A DNA stretch of 64,000 nucleotides from the NCBI GenBank assembly GCA_036493755.1, contig DASXPG010000028.1:138-64137 (forward strand), written 5' to 3'. The translations under genes and the position numbers were made by a program. Source of the DNA: Gemmatimonadales bacterium. Lineage in GTDB: Bacteria; Gemmatimonadota; Gemmatimonadetes; Gemmatimonadales; JACORV01. Under the pieces are notes generated by a model. That model was not told where the DNA came from, ran no database searches, and saw only the letters and a program-made list of their open reading frames with translations. Shown here in pieces: positions 63,110 through 64,000 of this stretch (the first letter of the stretch is position 1; each line of letters begins with the position of its first letter).

Positions 63110-64000
63110 CGCTGGTGATTCTCAATCCCTGGTCGGGCCGGGGCTACGGCGCGAAGGCCCGCAGCCGCGTTGAGCGCGGGCTCCGCGATACCGGCGTAAC
63201 GTTCGACCTGGTCGAGACGACAGGACCCGGTCACGCGACCGGCCTGGCGCGCGAGGCGGCGGCGGCCGGCATCGAGCGGGTGATCGTGGCGGGCGGCGAC
63301 GGCGCGATCCACGAAGCCGTGAACGGGCTGATGCAGGCGCCTCCGGCCGCCGACGGCGCGACCGGCCCGGCGCTCGGCGTCATCCCCCTCGGCACCGGCA
63401 ACGACTTCGCCAAGCTGGTCGGGATCTACCAGCAGCCTCCCGAGGTTGCGGCGGCGCGGATGATGCGCGCCACCGGCGAGCTTTTCGACGTCGGCCTATG
63501 CCTCGGCGAGTACTTCGACAACATGATGGGCGCGGGATTCGATGCCGAGACGGTGCGGCATGCCAACGCGATCAAGTGGCTCCGGGGCGTCGCGGTCTAT
63601 CTCGCGGCGATCTACCGGACCTTCGCGACCTTCAAGGCGCCGCGACTCGAAATCGTCAGCCAGGAACACCGCGAGTCGGGGGAGATGATGATGCTCGCCG
63701 CCTCCATCGGTGTATCAGGTGGCGGCTCCTTCTACCTTACGCCACAGGCCGATCCGCGCGACGGCCGGCTCGACATCTGCTTGATCCGCAAAGTCGGGCT
63801 GATGACCTTTCTCAGGGCCGTGCCCCGGGTCATGAAGGGGACGCACACCGATCTCGACGAGGTCACGCTGTTCCGAACCACGAAGGTGACGATCCGCTCC
63901 ACCGATGGACGGCCGCTCCTGCTGCAACTCGACGGCGAGCTGCGGGAGACGGGCGTGCCGGAGGTCGAGATCACGATCGTGCCGGCGCGCCTGCGCGTAC
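63082..64000 (+). CDS. Diacylglycerol/lipid kinase family protein (YegS/BmrU-like), 3'-truncated by the window edge
   Basis: Not in the ORF track because there is no stop within the window. My translation from GTG 63082 is VNSRLCFVSTLVILNPWSGRGYG...ERVIVAGGDGAIHEAVNGL...VIPLGTGNDFAKLVG, which carries the DAGK catalytic-domain motifs GGDG and GTGNDFA. Confidence 0.85.
   Translation, partial: MNSRLCFVSTLVILNPWSGRGYGAKARSRVERGLRDTGVTFDLVETTGPGHATGLAREAAAAGIERVIVAGGDGAIHEAVNGLMQAPPAADGATGPALGVIPLGTGNDFAKLVGIYQQPPEVAAARMMRATGELFDVGLCLGEYFDNMMGAGFDAETVRHANAIKWLRGVAVYLAAIYRTFATFKAPRLEIVSQEHRESGEMMMLAASIGVSGGGSFYLTPQADPRDGRLDICLIRKVGLMTFLRAVPRVMKGTHTDLDEVTLFRTTKVTIRSTDGRPLLLQLDGELRETGVPEVEITIVPARLRV

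Noticed and set aside
1-64000. A selenoprotein gene (in-frame TGA plus SECIS) within the window
   Set aside because: All strong homologs read through to normal stops. I saw no gene pair that looks like a TGA-split formate dehydrogenase or similar enzyme. I cannot exclude it without a SECIS search.

Overview
This is a GC-rich bacterial chromosomal segment (by eye about two-thirds G+C, not computed). The protein repertoire includes Ser/Thr kinases fused to TPR or Big domains, RCC1 and Ig-like surface lipoproteins, and a roadblock/receiver pair. That repertoire suggests a Gemmatimonadota- or Acidobacteriota-like Gram-negative organism, but this is only a guess. I can support about 60 protein genes, one tRNA, three intrinsic terminators and several short tandem-repeat elements. 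I saw no rRNA, CRISPR array, transposase, integrase or prophage genes. Housekeeping content: groEL (5' partial), serS, a sensor kinase, uvrD/pcrA, gatCAB, murA and pgeF. The classic rimP-nusA-ylxQ-infB-DUF503-rbfA-truB-ribF string follows, then secDF, tatD, fhs and ridA. Many neighbouring genes are joined by ATGA or GTGA 4-nt start/stop overlaps. A tRNA with a UCA anticodon and tRNA-Sec-type architecture lies at 59045-59141. The most interesting region is about 46.0-56.8 kb. An unannotated 38-codon ORF there has a lasso-type leader motif (YxxPxV..VLD). Around it are an HprK-like P-loop kinase, a PqqD/RRE-like protein and an AsnB-type amidotransferase. The same region has a SipW-like (Ser/His) S26 peptidase, three tandem ferritin-like (DUF455-like) proteins and a membrane fatty-acid-hydroxylase-family protein. 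A divergent formyltransferase/membrane-protein/HTTM operon and a squalene-synthase-family gene complete it. The region lacks the hallmarks of a true lasso system: there is no B2 cysteine protease and no Asp/Glu acceptor in the predicted core. I therefore propose it as a candidate undescribed peptide-modification (RiPP-like) system. Non-genic structure worth attention: (1) a dispersed element built of about five tandem GTTGACS heptads at four loci, one inserted in frame inside truB; (2) the octamer CGTTAGGC/GCCTAACG, 14 copies, which contains every TTAGG pentamer I could find; (3) 9-bp tandem repeats that create low-complexity C-terminal tails on the HD-GYP protein and RbfA; (4) heptamer and nonamer tandem repeats in two intergenic spacers; (5) an intrinsic terminator inside the rimP-nusA leader; (6) two genes whose conserved N-termini lie upstream of any canonical start codon.
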